From contig CM119265.1 of NCBI GenBank assembly GCA_051294375.1, positions 16,245,750 to 16,309,749 on the forward strand: 64,000 nt of DNA, in the 5' to 3' direction. Positions 44,268 to 56,517 of this stretch are shown one piece after another. Numbering within the stretch: position 1 is the first letter of the stretch; every line of letters begins with the position of its first letter. The DNA is from Paraspadella gotoi (lineage: Eukaryota > Animalia > Chaetognatha). The notes beneath the pieces were generated by a model, which worked only from the letters and a program-made list of their open reading frames with translations, was not told the DNA's origin and ran no database searches. The position numbers and the translations under genes are program-made.

Positions 44268-45594
44268 GAAATACAGCTGAGGAGAAGGAAAGAGCCCTTC
44301 TCTGACGGTCGCTGAACGACGAAAAACCTGAATGTGCCTTTTTTTTTATTCTTTATCCTTTTTTTTTCGTTTTAAATTTTGACTCAATATTCTGCGACGC
44401 TGTCGCCGTCGTGTCTTTGAGTCTTGACGAAGGCAAAAGCCAAGGCGGAGAGAAAATGCTAGATGACGAGCGGAATAATTTAGTCGAAGGAAAGAGGAGG
44501 AAAAAGTGGAGCTTTTTTTTTTCTTTTTTTTTTTTTTGACTGACGAGAATTGACGTGAATGTACGTTCGACGCGCGGATCGAATCTTTATCCCCGTATTC
44601 ATTATAATCCTTTTGATGGAAAAGAACGAGGCTCTCGACGCGTATTATGAAGGGCAGGGGGTTTTTTTTCGCTTGTGTTGTTTTTAGAATTTTAAATATG
44701 GAAATCGGTATAGTCACAAGTTGTATTTTTCTCAAGGAAAGACTTTTCGTTCCCAACTTTTCAATTTCGATATTTTGTATCTTTAACTATTTTGAAGGTT
44801 TTCTTTTCGCTAATCCTTAGCGGCGATTAATTAAAAGTCTTGCTTCGAATGATGACAGTATGCAGCACCCGCTGCAAATCAACCACCCCCCTCACTATAA
44901 GAGCTTAGTAGGGTGGATGACGGAAAATTTCACAGGGCTCGCTATCAAGCCAGAACGACTACATTAAGAGCTTAGTAGGTGGATGACGGAAAATATCACA
45001 GGCCTTGCTATAGAGCCAGAACGACTACACTATAAGAGCTTAGTAGGGTGGATGACGGAAAATATCACAGGGCCTTACTATCGAGCCAGAACGACTACAC
45101 TTTAAGAGCTTAGTAGGGTGGATGACGGAAAATATCATCAGGCCATTGCTATCGGATCCAGAAACCGACAGTACACTTTAAAGCTTAGTAGGGGTGGATG
45201 ACGGAAAATATCACAGGGCCTTACTATCGACGCCAGAACGACTACACTTTAAGAGCTTAGTAGGGTGGAGGATGGAAAATATCACAGGGCCTTGCTATCA
45301 AGCCAGAACGACTACACTATAAGAGCTTAGTAGGGTGGATGACGGAAAATATCACAGGGCCTCGCTATCGAGCCAGAACGACTATAGTAAGGTAACTACT
45401 CTCAATATATCGGGGAAATAAGATCCACCATCATTCAGGTTTGCCGATCTCGTGTCGAGGATGCGGACTCATGCGGTATTGTTCAGAGGAGTGCGAAAAG
45501 TATCACCTCCGCTACTATCACACTTGCGAAGTCTACGAAGACGAACAGAGTGTCGGGTGTGACGAATACTACGAGAACGATGGCGGAGGCGGCG

Positions 45595-45653
<59 letters not shown>

Positions 45654-45734
45654 GGCGGCGGCGGTGGTGAAATCGGTGGCTGCATTGGCGGCGGCGACTG
45701 TGACCAAAACGATTTTATTACGATTCGGTTGTAA
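32830..45734 (+). CDS. Large multi-exon protein: helical N-terminal region, basic NLS-like and D/E-rich disordered region, C-terminal MYND-type zinc finger
   Basis: Phase-consistent GT-AG chain: (32830-32892?, ~33071-33302?), 33384-33479, 33708-33855, 35915-36061, 36644-38054, 38866-38932, 39063-39189, 40632-40741, 45439-45734. The last two exons join to CSNPPC-x17-CRGC-GLMRYCSEECEKYHLRYYHTC. The 5' start and extra exons at 39.8-40.6 kb are uncertain. Confidence 0.68.
44894..45387. repeat. 70-bp tandem array x7
   Basis: Unit ataagagcttagtagggtggatgacggaaaatatcacagggccttgctatcgagccagaacgactacact; period of 70 seen from starts at 45033 and 45103. Confidence 0.92.
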
Positions 45735-46174
45735 TTTCAGTTTTGCTTACTTTACGTAGCTTCACTTCAGTTCAAATCATCCAATATTGTTACACTGAAT
45801 AAATGTTGAGTCTTACCTGTCAAGGCAACCGTTTTTACCGTTAAAAGAGATAAAGATGGGAGAAATTTTCTTTTTAAAGGGACGCTGCCGATTTTGGTTC
45901 CCGCCTATTATCATTTTGTAGCGATCTTTCAACGCCCTCGCTAAACGGGGTTCAATTTGTCGCGATGTTCGTGCGATTAGGTTAGTTTCGGTAAAAGAAA
46001 TCAATTTGGTTGCAGTGGAGGAAGTCAAGCTTGCCAAGATAAAGCAGGTTGCCAAATGCAAGTTTAAAATGGTCTGGCTTTTGCGTTTTAGCTCGTACTG
46101 TGTTTCCTTTGCTTTGGGAGGGTTTATATAAAGTTATTCCGCTTGTGTCACTTCGTTTGTGATGAATATAGCAA

Positions 46175-46310
46175 GGGACTTTAGTACGGCGGCATCTCGT
46201 CGGAACCTTGGTTGCTGCGGTTACGTCGACTCCTTACCGCTTTTCCGGGATCGAACCCGAGACGCACGATTGGGACGGTGCGTTAGCCTGTTCGGCCACA
46301 TGGAATAAGC
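46175..46310 (-). mobile_element. tRNA-derived SINE
   Basis: Minus strand has an A box TGGCCGAACAGG and B box GGTTCGATCCC followed by a non-tRNA body. A garbled copy lies at ~52215-52335. Confidence 0.6.
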
Positions 46311-46959
46311 CGATAGCAAATGGTATTGATTGATTAAGTTATTTAGAGACATTAATTTCTTGTTAAATCTAAAAACTATGTAACTTTCAAATGTAAAAAA
46401 ATATTTATATATATTACTAAGACACTGTTTATTGTTTTCTGTGTCAAGTTCGATTGTTTAATGGTCAAACTCTAATTGTCCAATCGGTTGTTATCTTGAA
46501 ATTGAAATGAAAGGTTGAACGAACTTCGATTTTTTCGTGGGGCGTTGAAAAGATTAAAGGAAGAAGCGGCCTTCATTTTAAAATGGGTGGATAAAGAATT
46601 AAGATAGAACAACCATTGGTTATAAAGGATCGACACTTTAACAAAGCAAAAGCAGCCTCTTAATCCCCCTTTTTGCCAAACTCTTCTCTCTCTCTCCTCT
46701 CTCTCTCTCTCCTCTCTCTCCCCGTCCTAATTGTTTTGTTTCCAATTTGGAAGGAGGACGCTAAATCGATCAAGGCCTTTTCCATATGTAGTCTTACCTC
46801 GAAACGCGAAACTCCCTCTCGCTCGCTGCTCGTTCTGCCGTCGGCGAGAAAGGTTTCCACGCGTGCTTGGTCGCTTTGCTTGGTTGTCCATGCTGTCGTG
46901 CTTGTCGTTTCCGCTCTCTTGTCTCATCTCCGAGATTAAGTGGGTTGCGACCGCGCGCT

Positions 46960-46984
46960 NNNNNNNNNNNNNNNNNNNNNNNNN
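46960..46984. other. Assembly gap (25 N)
   Basis: Run of 25 N. Confidence 1.
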
Positions 46985-47402
46985 GGAAAAGGAAGAGAGA
47001 GAGGAGAGAGAGAGAGAGAGAGAGAGAGTGTTGCGTAACGCGTGTTGCGCAAGCGGAGGGCGAGGGAGTTCTTGTAGTTCATTCGCGCGTAAGAGCGATG
47101 GAGCGAATCTGCGCCTTACGATTTCGAGGCGGCGACGAATTATGAGGATGAACTCGAGGGGCGCCGCTTGGGCTCACCTGCGGCGGTTTAAATTGTGGGG
47201 GATGTTGTGGTTGCGCTGTGATTATCGTTGGCTTGTCCGGAGTTTTTTCTGATCCATGATTTACATAAACTTTGGGAAAAATGGGGGCGTTGGAAGTGAA
47301 GATTAGGGCTGGGAAAGAAACTAAGGATACTCGTTTCGCTGATGATTATTGATACTGTACACTCACTCGTGAATGAAGAGAGAGAAGAGAGACAGAGAGA
47401 GA

Positions 47403-47434
<32 letters not shown>

Positions 47435-47884
47435 AGAGAGAAGGAGAATGTCACGAAACAGTAACGAACTAGTCTCAGTGAGACCTCACTCCTCGTCTCG
47501 TTTGACCCGTCAGGCTGTTACTGTGACGCCGTCGTCCACTTGCCCTCGTCCTTCGCCCGTGTGAAGCCCCGTGTCACTGGCTTGTGGAAAGGTCCGAGTC
47601 ATCACGAGACTGAGGCTCCGGTCTTTGTTCCTCTTGGTGGCCTTGCCCGAAGTCTCATGGGCTTGTCTTGTCTTGTGGCAGTCTTTTGGGGCTCGTGGCC
47701 CTAACCACCAGGACTCAATGTAGAAAGTAGACTTAGAGTGAGTGGATCCTTGTCCCGTAAAAGGCCGTTGGGACGGTCATGAAGTCTGACGTCTGAAACT
47801 GTGTGACGAGAAAGTGAAGGAAACCGGTACAGGTAAGCAAAGAAAGCAGACGAAAAAGACAAAGGAAAGTGACAACCAAGAGAG

Positions 47885-47923
<39 letters not shown>

Positions 47924-49388
47924 AGAGAGAAGACAGAGGAGAGAGAGAGAATGAATATGAAGCCGTTCGACCATGCATTTTCTTTCGTTCCTAATATAAT
48001 TCCCAAGTCCAACACCGTCCTGTACTGTTACACACACTACATACTACACCCTACGAATAGCGTTCTTATTTTTTTTTTAAGATTCAAATCAGGCGTTAAA
48101 TAAACGAATAAGAAGAGAAGAGTTTAGGAGATTGATTCTCTGTGAATCATCCGGTTCGAGAGGTCGTGAAGCAGTAAACGGAGTGTGAAAATGGTAAGCG
48201 TTGTTTTTTTATCTGAAATAGCAAAGTAAAAAAGTATAAAAAAAAACCCCGTAAGTAAAAAGGAACAACAAAAATATGGATAAAAAAGGGTTGGAGAAAT
48301 TGATTTCTCCATTCCAAAGGTGAATGGGGATTTCCCTTTCAACACCAATTCCTTTTCCTTTTTTTTTTTTTTTCTTTCCTTTTTCGTCTTATCTTTCGCC
48401 TCATCTTTCTCTCGTTATTCTTCCCCCCTCTCTCTTTTTCTCTTGCTTCCCTCCCTCTCCTTCCCCGGATTTTTTTCTTGTATCAAAATGGAGACACAAA
48501 TGTCCCTATTTGTTTTTCTCTCTGCGGATTCGGTGGAGGAAAATTTTTATCGCGAAACAACCCTGGAGGAAAAAAATATAAGGAGAATGAAGGGTTAAGG
48601 AGGCGTAATGTGCGTCGAGAAAAAGGGGAGGTTTTGTCATTTTTTTGGCGGATAAGAAATTTGTATGAGCTATTTCCAGTGATTTCTAAGTCGAAAATAC
48701 GTACGAAATACGACGCGACTAGCCATAACAGTTGCAAAAAGTTTATGACGATAATGAATTGGGATAAAAATTGGCCGCCTGGTTGATCGGTGGTCATTAG
48801 AGCGTATGGTGTGGTTGGACGCTAAGCGAGAAATCGATCGTAGACACCGCTCGTTCGGGGCGGTTTCAGATCCTCCGCTCGGTTTTTTGGTAAATAGGCC
48901 CCTTCACGCAGCGGGGTGGGGGATCACGGCGCGGCTCTGACGAGCGTGTCGTAAGCGCATTGGTTGAGGATTTCCCCGTAAATGTGGCCGTCGACTGTGA
49001 GAATGGAGACCGCGGCAAAGAGGCTTGAGAGGGTTGAGACGGACGGTGGAGAAAGGGCGTTCGTAACGATCCGACGAATATGGATAAACACTCGCTCTGT
49101 TGTGAATGGCGTCACGTTAAAAAAGATTTACTCTGGAAAAAACAGATTCATGGGCGTTGGATAAAGATTTTAAACAAGAAGAATATTGAATCTTGACGAG
49201 AGATGGATGAAAGGATGCAAAGATGGATGAGACCGAGAGACGGATAAACGGAGAATTGACGACGCCTGGATGAAGCGATGAAGATATAAGAAACTTTTTA
49301 ATGAAAAAATATTTAAGCATAGAGGCTGCGCGGTCTGTAAAGAAAAGAAAGGAATAATCAAGAACGAAATGAGTAATAAACAGAAAAT

Positions 49389-49441
<53 letters not shown>

Positions 49442-52400
49442 AGAGAGAGGAGAACTCTCTTGATAAAGGGTCGAGGATTTGCACATGTATGACGAATGAG
49501 AAAACAAAGAAAGAAGTGAATGAACTGCGCGGGCAAGAGAAAAAAAGCAGCGGGAAAAGGGGAATTGATATCATAATTGAAGGAGAACATGTAATTTGAG
49601 AGAGAGGAGAAGAAAGAAAGAGAGATAAAGGATGATGATATATTATGATGCCCGAGCTTATATGTATGCTCTTAGTGCAATCATTTTATAACGAAAATTT
49701 TCCTGCCGCACGAGCTGTCTTAGGCATTAATACTCATAACGGTTTAAAAATTTATTAGTACTACTACATTAAAAATCGCTGCCGCACGTGCGTTTTATGG
49801 GCGTGAAGAAGAAGAGAGAGAGAGAGAGAGAAGAAGAGGAGGAGAGACGAAACAGCTGAGGAAAGGAAAGAGCCCTTCTCTTGACGGTCGACATGAACGA
49901 CGAAAACCTGAATGTGCTTTTTTTATTCTACCTTTTTTTTTCGTTTAAATTTTGGACTCAATATTCTGCGACGCTGTCGCCGTCGGTCTTTGAGTCTTGT
50001 ACGAAGCAAAAGCCAAGCGGAGAGAAATGCTAGATGACGAGCGGATAATTTAGTCGAAGGAAAGAGGGAGAAAAAGTGGAGCTTTTTTTTTTCTTTTTTT
50101 TATTTTTTTGATGACGGAATTGACTGACATTACGTTCGACGGCGCGGATCGAATCTTTACCCCTATTCATTATAAATCCTTTTGATTGAAAAGAACGAGG
50201 CTCTCGACGCGTATTAGAAGGCAGGGGTTTTTTCGCTTGTGTTGTTTTTAAATTAAATATGGAATCGTATAGTCACAAGTGTATTTTTCTCAAGAAACTT
50301 TCGTTCGCCAACTTTCAATTCGATATTTTGTATCTTTAACTATTTTGAAGTTTTCTTTTCGCTAATCCTTAGCGGCGATTAATTAAATCTTGCTTTCGAA
50401 ATGATACAGTAATGCAGCACCCGCTGAATTCAACCACCCCCCTCACTATAAGATGCTTAGAAGGGTGAGATGAAAGGAAAATTTCACAGCCTCGCTATCT
50501 AAGCAGAACGACTACAATTAAGAGCTTAGTAGGTGGATGACGGAAAATATCACAGGGCCTTGCTATTGAGCGAAACGACTACACTATAGAAAGGCTTAGT
50601 GGTGGATGACGGAAAATATCACAGGGCCTTACTATCGAGCCAGAACCATACACTTAAAGAGCTTATAAGGTGGATGACGGAAAATATCACAGGCCCTCTA
50701 TCCGATCCAAGAACGACTAACTGTAAGACTCTCAGTATGATGCGGAATAAGTATCACACTCTCCTATCGGCCGAATGCTCATTCGAGATGCGGATCTAGT
50801 GGGTGTAGAGGTGGAAAAGTATCACAGCCCTTCACAGAACGACTCTAAGCTAGGGGGAATATCACAGCCTTATCGCCGAAGATCACTAAGAGCATAGTGA
50901 GACGAAATATCAAGGCCTGCTATCGAGAGCTAGTGGTATACTTCATAACGGAAAGCCCTATCAGTTGGCCGATCTCTTCGAGAGATACGATTAGAGAGGA
51001 AAGCACCTCGTCACGCGAATCTAGAGAGAGGCGTGTACGTTACGAGAAGACGAGGCGGCGCGGCTGGTGGTGGTGGCGGCGGCGCGGCGGCGGTGGATGA
51101 AATCGGTGGCTGCATTGGCGCGGGGCGACTGTGACCAAAACTGATTTTATTCGATTGGTTGTAATTTCAGTTTTGCTTACTTAACGTAGCTTCACTTCAG
51201 TTCAAATCATCCAATATTGTTAACACTGATAAATGTTGAGTCTTACTGTCAAGCAACCGTTTTTACCGTTAAAAGAATAAAGATGGGAGACATTTTCTTT
51301 TTAAAGGACGCTGCCGATTGTTCCCGCCTATTTGAAGAACAAGTAATTATTAAATTGAGTGTAAACGTTTCATATTATACAGTAACTGCAGCTTCGGATC
51401 AGCTTACCTCATTACTAGGCTGGTTAAGCCGCCCGTCCTCGAACTGCAGACGACCACCGGGCTAGAACCCCGGCCTTCATGTTGGAGGCGAATGAACTTG
51501 CATCCGCACAATGCCGATGAACGGTTGGTGGGATTTCAGTCCACCATCACCTCCCTCCCGTGAAGAATGTCTGTGCGTCTCTTCAGTGAATTGTTGTTTT
51601 TGTTGTGTGAAAGTGCCGTTCACCAAGTTGATGCATTCGCCTGAGTTTGAGGGCTGGAAAGTGCAAGTCGCCAGTTGAGGCATGCGCCTTGAAAGTGTTG
51701 TTGTTCGTTGTTCTGGAAGTCGGTCTCAACCATGAAAGGAGACGTAATATTTTAGTGTTAGTGATAGAACGTTCAATATAAGCATCCTGAGCTCGGAATA
51801 AGGCTGTACACGCATGATAACAGGCGGTTAAGCGCCCGTTCCTCTTAACTGCCAGACGACCACCTGGCAGAGACCCACCTTTTGGTTGAGGCGAATGACT
51901 TGCCTCCGGACATGGCCTGCTGCATTGAATGCGGTTGGTGGTTTAGTCACCATACGTATTCAATCATTTTGTGCGATCTTTTCATAAGCCCTCCGCTAAC
52001 GGGGTTCAATTTGCGCGATTTCTGGCGATTAGTTAGTTTCGGTAAAGAAATCAATTATGGTTGCAGTGGGAAGTTCAAGCTTGCCAAGATAAAGCAGGTT
52101 CCAAATGCAAGTTTAAATGGTCTGGCTTTTGCGTTTGTAGCTCGTACTGTTTTCCTTTGACTTGGAGGTTTATATAACAGTTATCCCTTGTGTACTTCGT
52201 TTGTGATAATAAGCAAAGGGACTTTAGTACGCAGCATCTCGTCGAAACCTTGGTTGCGCGGTTCGTCGACTCAAGCTTTTTCCGGATCGAACCGAGACCA
52301 CGATGGGACGGTGCTTAGCCTTTCGGCACAGTGATAAGCAATAGCAAATGGTATTGATTGATTAAGTTATTTGAACTAATTTCTTGTTAAATCTAAAAAC

Positions 52401-52975
52401 TACGTATTTCAAAATGTAAAAAAATATTTATATCTAATTACTAAGACACTGTTTATATTGTTTTCTGTGTCAAAGTCGATTGTTTCTGTCATACTCTAAA
52501 GTGTAATCGGATTGTTATGAAATTGAAATGAAAGGGTTGAACGAACTTTCGATTTTTCGTGGGCGTTGAAAAGATTAAAGGAAGAAGCGGCCTAATTTAA
52601 AATGGGTGGATAAAAGAATTAAGATAGAACAACCATTGTTATAAAGGATGACACTTTAACAAGCAAAAGCAGCTCTAATCCCCCTTTTTGCCAAAATTCT
52701 CTTCCCTCTCTCCTCTCTCTCATCTCCCCTCTCTCCCCGTCCTAATTGTTTTTTTTCCAATTTGGAGAGGATCGCTAAAATCAGATCAAGGCTTTCTCCA
52801 TATTAGTCTTACCTCGAACACGCGGAAACTCCCTCTCGCTCGCTCTCGTTCTGCCGTCGGCGAGAAAGGTTGTCCACGCGTCTTGGTCCGCGTTTGCCTG
52901 GTTGTCATGCTGTCGTGCTTCGTGTTTCGCTCTGTCTATCTCCGACGATTAAGTGGGTTTGCGACCTCTGCGCGT
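46985..52975 (+). repeat. Indel-rich second copy of ~41300-46959, probably an uncollapsed haplotype or raw long-read gap fill; includes a garbled MYND last exon at ~50950-51165
   Basis: Colinear with the first copy throughout, differing mainly by scattered 1-bp indels, and starting immediately after the 25-N gap. Confidence 0.9.
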
Positions 52976-54912
52976 TCGCTTGTCGCGCGCGAACATCGGA
53001 ATTATCCTAGGACAGTCCGGACAAGACGCCAGCGCCTTCGCGACTTTTGCGCCGTCCAAGAAAAGGTCAATTGCTGATCCTAAGATTGTGTGTTGGGTCA
53101 ATCACATTTTCTGTGACGCCTAGCGGTTTTGGCATCTGGGGTCGACGTGCGTTTCATTTCCTGACATATATATGGTCGTATGATTGGTAAATTAAAAACT
53201 AAAGAGGGGTTGGCTGAGACAACCTGATTATATTTTCGAGGTAAATTTAATATTTAATATATTTAACATGTATAGATAGATCATTGTGGACATGAAGTTG
53301 GCTCAATCTGGCTCAAACTAAACTTTTGTTACAAAAATTTTCACTCACCACACCACGCCATGTTAAAGCCGTGAGTCCAAAAGAACAAAAACAAATTCGA
53401 GCCCAATTCGTCTAAATCTGCCGGAAAAACAAAAGGGAAACGAGCGGAGATCGTTGTGGCGACTCAATTCGGCGAGGTGTCGCTGAGCGGCAGAAGTCTC
53501 CGGGCGAATCGGGCGCTTCACAATTAGACGAGGATGATTGAGAGAGAGAGACTGAGAGGAGAAGATGAGAGATCTGAGATGAGAGCAGCAGAGAGAAGAG
53601 AGTGATGAATACTCGTTTTAGGTAGGGGGTAGGCAGCAATACCTAAAATTAAAACGTTATTTATTCATTTATCCAGCGGGACGTTTTAAATGCACGTGAG
53701 TAGTGATAATTACAAGATTTTTAAACGCCATTCAGCCAATAAAATTACCACTATTCTTTGCGCGCATCCTGAGTAATCTTACTCGTATATGCAAATTATG
53801 CGTCAAAGAAAACTTAAAATGTACAAAATGAATGTTTTAGATTACTGAACTTATTGATAAATATATGACTATAATCTATGCTAACTAGTTCAAATAATCG
53901 TATTACAAGCTCACTAACCTCTATATTTATACAAACTTTTTATGAACATAATGCTGTTATCTTAAATATACTAATTTAATCTATCTCCTCGCTTATGTAA
54001 TTTCTTTTCTGTTTCGTTGCTGTTTCGGAATTCGAGTATAAAGCAGGAGAGTTTTTTATTTTAACTCTAGCAAAAAAAGCTAAACAATAAATTAATTTCC
54101 AAGATTATTTATTGCCTAACAGAGAATTAAGGCCATAGACTCATACAATCAAGAAAATCTTGACAATGTGTCATTCATTTCAAATGTTTTCTATATGCTA
54201 TCTTTTGTCAAAGTAAATCAAAAGTGTGATCACTCTCGATGCTTTAGTTAGAAGTGGTATTTTTTTGAGAAGAAACGAAAGAATTGACATGCTGTATTCA
54301 ACTTTTAAAATACGAGTCTTTGTATTTATTTCTTTCATTTCCTTGCATAGTGGTGAGCATTTAAAGTAAAAAGTTTTTATTTTTTATTGTCATACAAACA
54401 AATGTAATTAGCTTATGAAAATGACGACAATGTTTTGGCCTCTTTTCGTCTCTCTTTTCTTCTCTCTCTCTCTCTCTCTCTCGTCTCTCTCTCTCACTTC
54501 TCTATACCATTACTTTTTGCGCAATAAGATCTTTGTTGAGAATTTTCAAATTTCAAAATTTTTGCGCGGGAAGTAGGCCTAACCAATTATAGCCGTTAAC
54601 ATGTGTTTTCATTACTAATTTCCATTTGTTATATGAAATAAAAATTAAAAACTTTTACTTAGTCCTTTTTCTCATCTTCGAAAGACAGCATGAGCTCCTT
54701 AAACTTAAATTCCTCTGGTGAAAAGGTTTTTTCTTTTTCACCACCTGCAGAGTACGAGCATTCGCAATTATCGCTCTGCTTGAGTCTCCAAAGCCACATT
54801 TTCCGAACTTGTTATTCATGAATTTGTGTCTTCAAAAATATTAAGATTTTGCTGAATTATTAAGAAATAAGCCTTTGGAAATTTGTTTCATCAACAAATT
54901 TTATTTTATATA

Positions 54913-54960
54913 CGCGACATGTTTCGACTCTTGTTGCGTTGCCCGACGTCTTCATCATCT
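54913..54960 (-). ncRNA. Degenerate hammerhead-like motif
   Basis: Minus strand reads aTGATGA a gac..loop..gtc GAAA CATGTC gcg, in low-quality sequence. Confidence 0.35.
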
Positions 54961-56486
54961 TCATCATAAACTCAACGAAAAAGAAAGGTAAAATTACATA
55001 TGCTCGCGAGTGGAAATTTATTCGTAATTTTCACTGTTTCTCTAAGATTTGGAGAGCCACAAAAAAAAGCCTGTTCACTGGACGGCCCATCTCGAATTCT
55101 TCAAACTGGCGTGGCCGTAGGAAAACCAACAATTTTTCTGCATTTTCAAGATATAAAAAAAAAACTTCCATAAACAAAAACAAGATAAGGTTCTGGCTTG
55201 AGCTTCTTTTAACCCAAATTATGGGCTAAAATTGATTCATTCATAAAAAATCAAATTTAAAAAAAACTTATTGCGCCTTCAGGAACGCTAGGTTTACTTG
55301 TAAAAAATGTTATTATTTTTTAGCCTCGAGTGAGTCGCGGCGTTTCCATGCATCGGCCTGGTTAGGATGAATAAGCCTTTTATATAATTTAACATAGACT
55401 CTAGAGAGCAAGGATTTCTAAATCACAAATATAATTCGTAAAAAGTTGGAATAAATGATGATATAAATGCTCACGCTGGAGATACGTCTTTCAAGAGACA
55501 ATAATAATGAATGGCAAAATAAATTTTTACAAAAATTTGTATTATGTAAAATCTCGCTTAGATTTTCATAAAAATCATAAAAACTAACGGTTTCATATGG
55601 CCGAATATTTCTTGCATAAACTAGAAACAGATATAAGGAAATAGATAAACCTTTGAGAAGACTAGAACGAGTAAAAGAGACTGCGTTTTTGAAGACACCA
55701 ACGGAAAAATGAACACGCCGGTGCACTGCATAGTAGCGGTCCCAAATTCACTTAGATAATTATTTTCTCTTATAAGGCAGAAATATCATAAAAGTTTTGT
55801 CTGTTCAATTATCGATTGTATTTAAAATCGCACAATTTGGCCTCTAATGCCTGGGAGACTTTCATCACTGTGCCGACAATAGGTAGATTGTAATAAACAG
55901 TTTTTAGTTGGGCGATCTGTATCGCAGATTGCCGACTCAGTATTAATTCCTCTTTTGTCGCTCCGTCTGTCCAGCCCCCCAAATTCTTGTCCGGTAAATG
56001 ATGATTTATTGAAGTCCAATGGACAGAACATTTGAAATTATTGATAAATTTATGCAAATCAAAAAAAAAAAGAAAAAACGATATCACCGTCCGGAAATGA
56101 GTCAACCAACTAAAGTCAAGTTCACTTTGAATTTTTACTTTTTTACTAGCTTATCGATACTGTTTTAAATTCATTAAGTTAGATTAAACATGAAAAAATG
56201 TGATTGCAATATTGAGAAAAAAATCTGAAATGCAACGTTAAGAAACATGATGCGCCGATGGTGAAAACATGATGCAAGTTGAAATTAATTTAATATTTGC
56301 TTTATTTGTAAATTATCTACCATACTAAAAAGTTCCAGTGTATTAAGTAAACCATCTATGTATGACATAAGCTGTTATCTACATTCTTATATCGTACGAA
56401 TTGTATTGCCTCCACTGTGATTAGCATGCACGAGAGCGATGACATACCGAGCATTAGTTTGTCACGGAGACGAAGAGTGAAAATAG

Positions 56487-56517
<31 letters not shown>

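Noticed and set aside
44894-45387. CRISPR array or hammerhead tandem
   Set aside because: The units are contiguous with no unique spacers, there are no cas genes and the context is eukaryotic; ggatgacggaaa lacks the CUGANGA core and stem II.
46240-46310. Functional tRNA gene
   Set aside because: A and B boxes are present but there is no convincing acceptor or anticodon stem, so it is treated as a SINE head.
50950-51165. Genuine MYND pseudogene
   Set aside because: It lies in the error-rich duplicated segment, and read noise is the simpler explanation.
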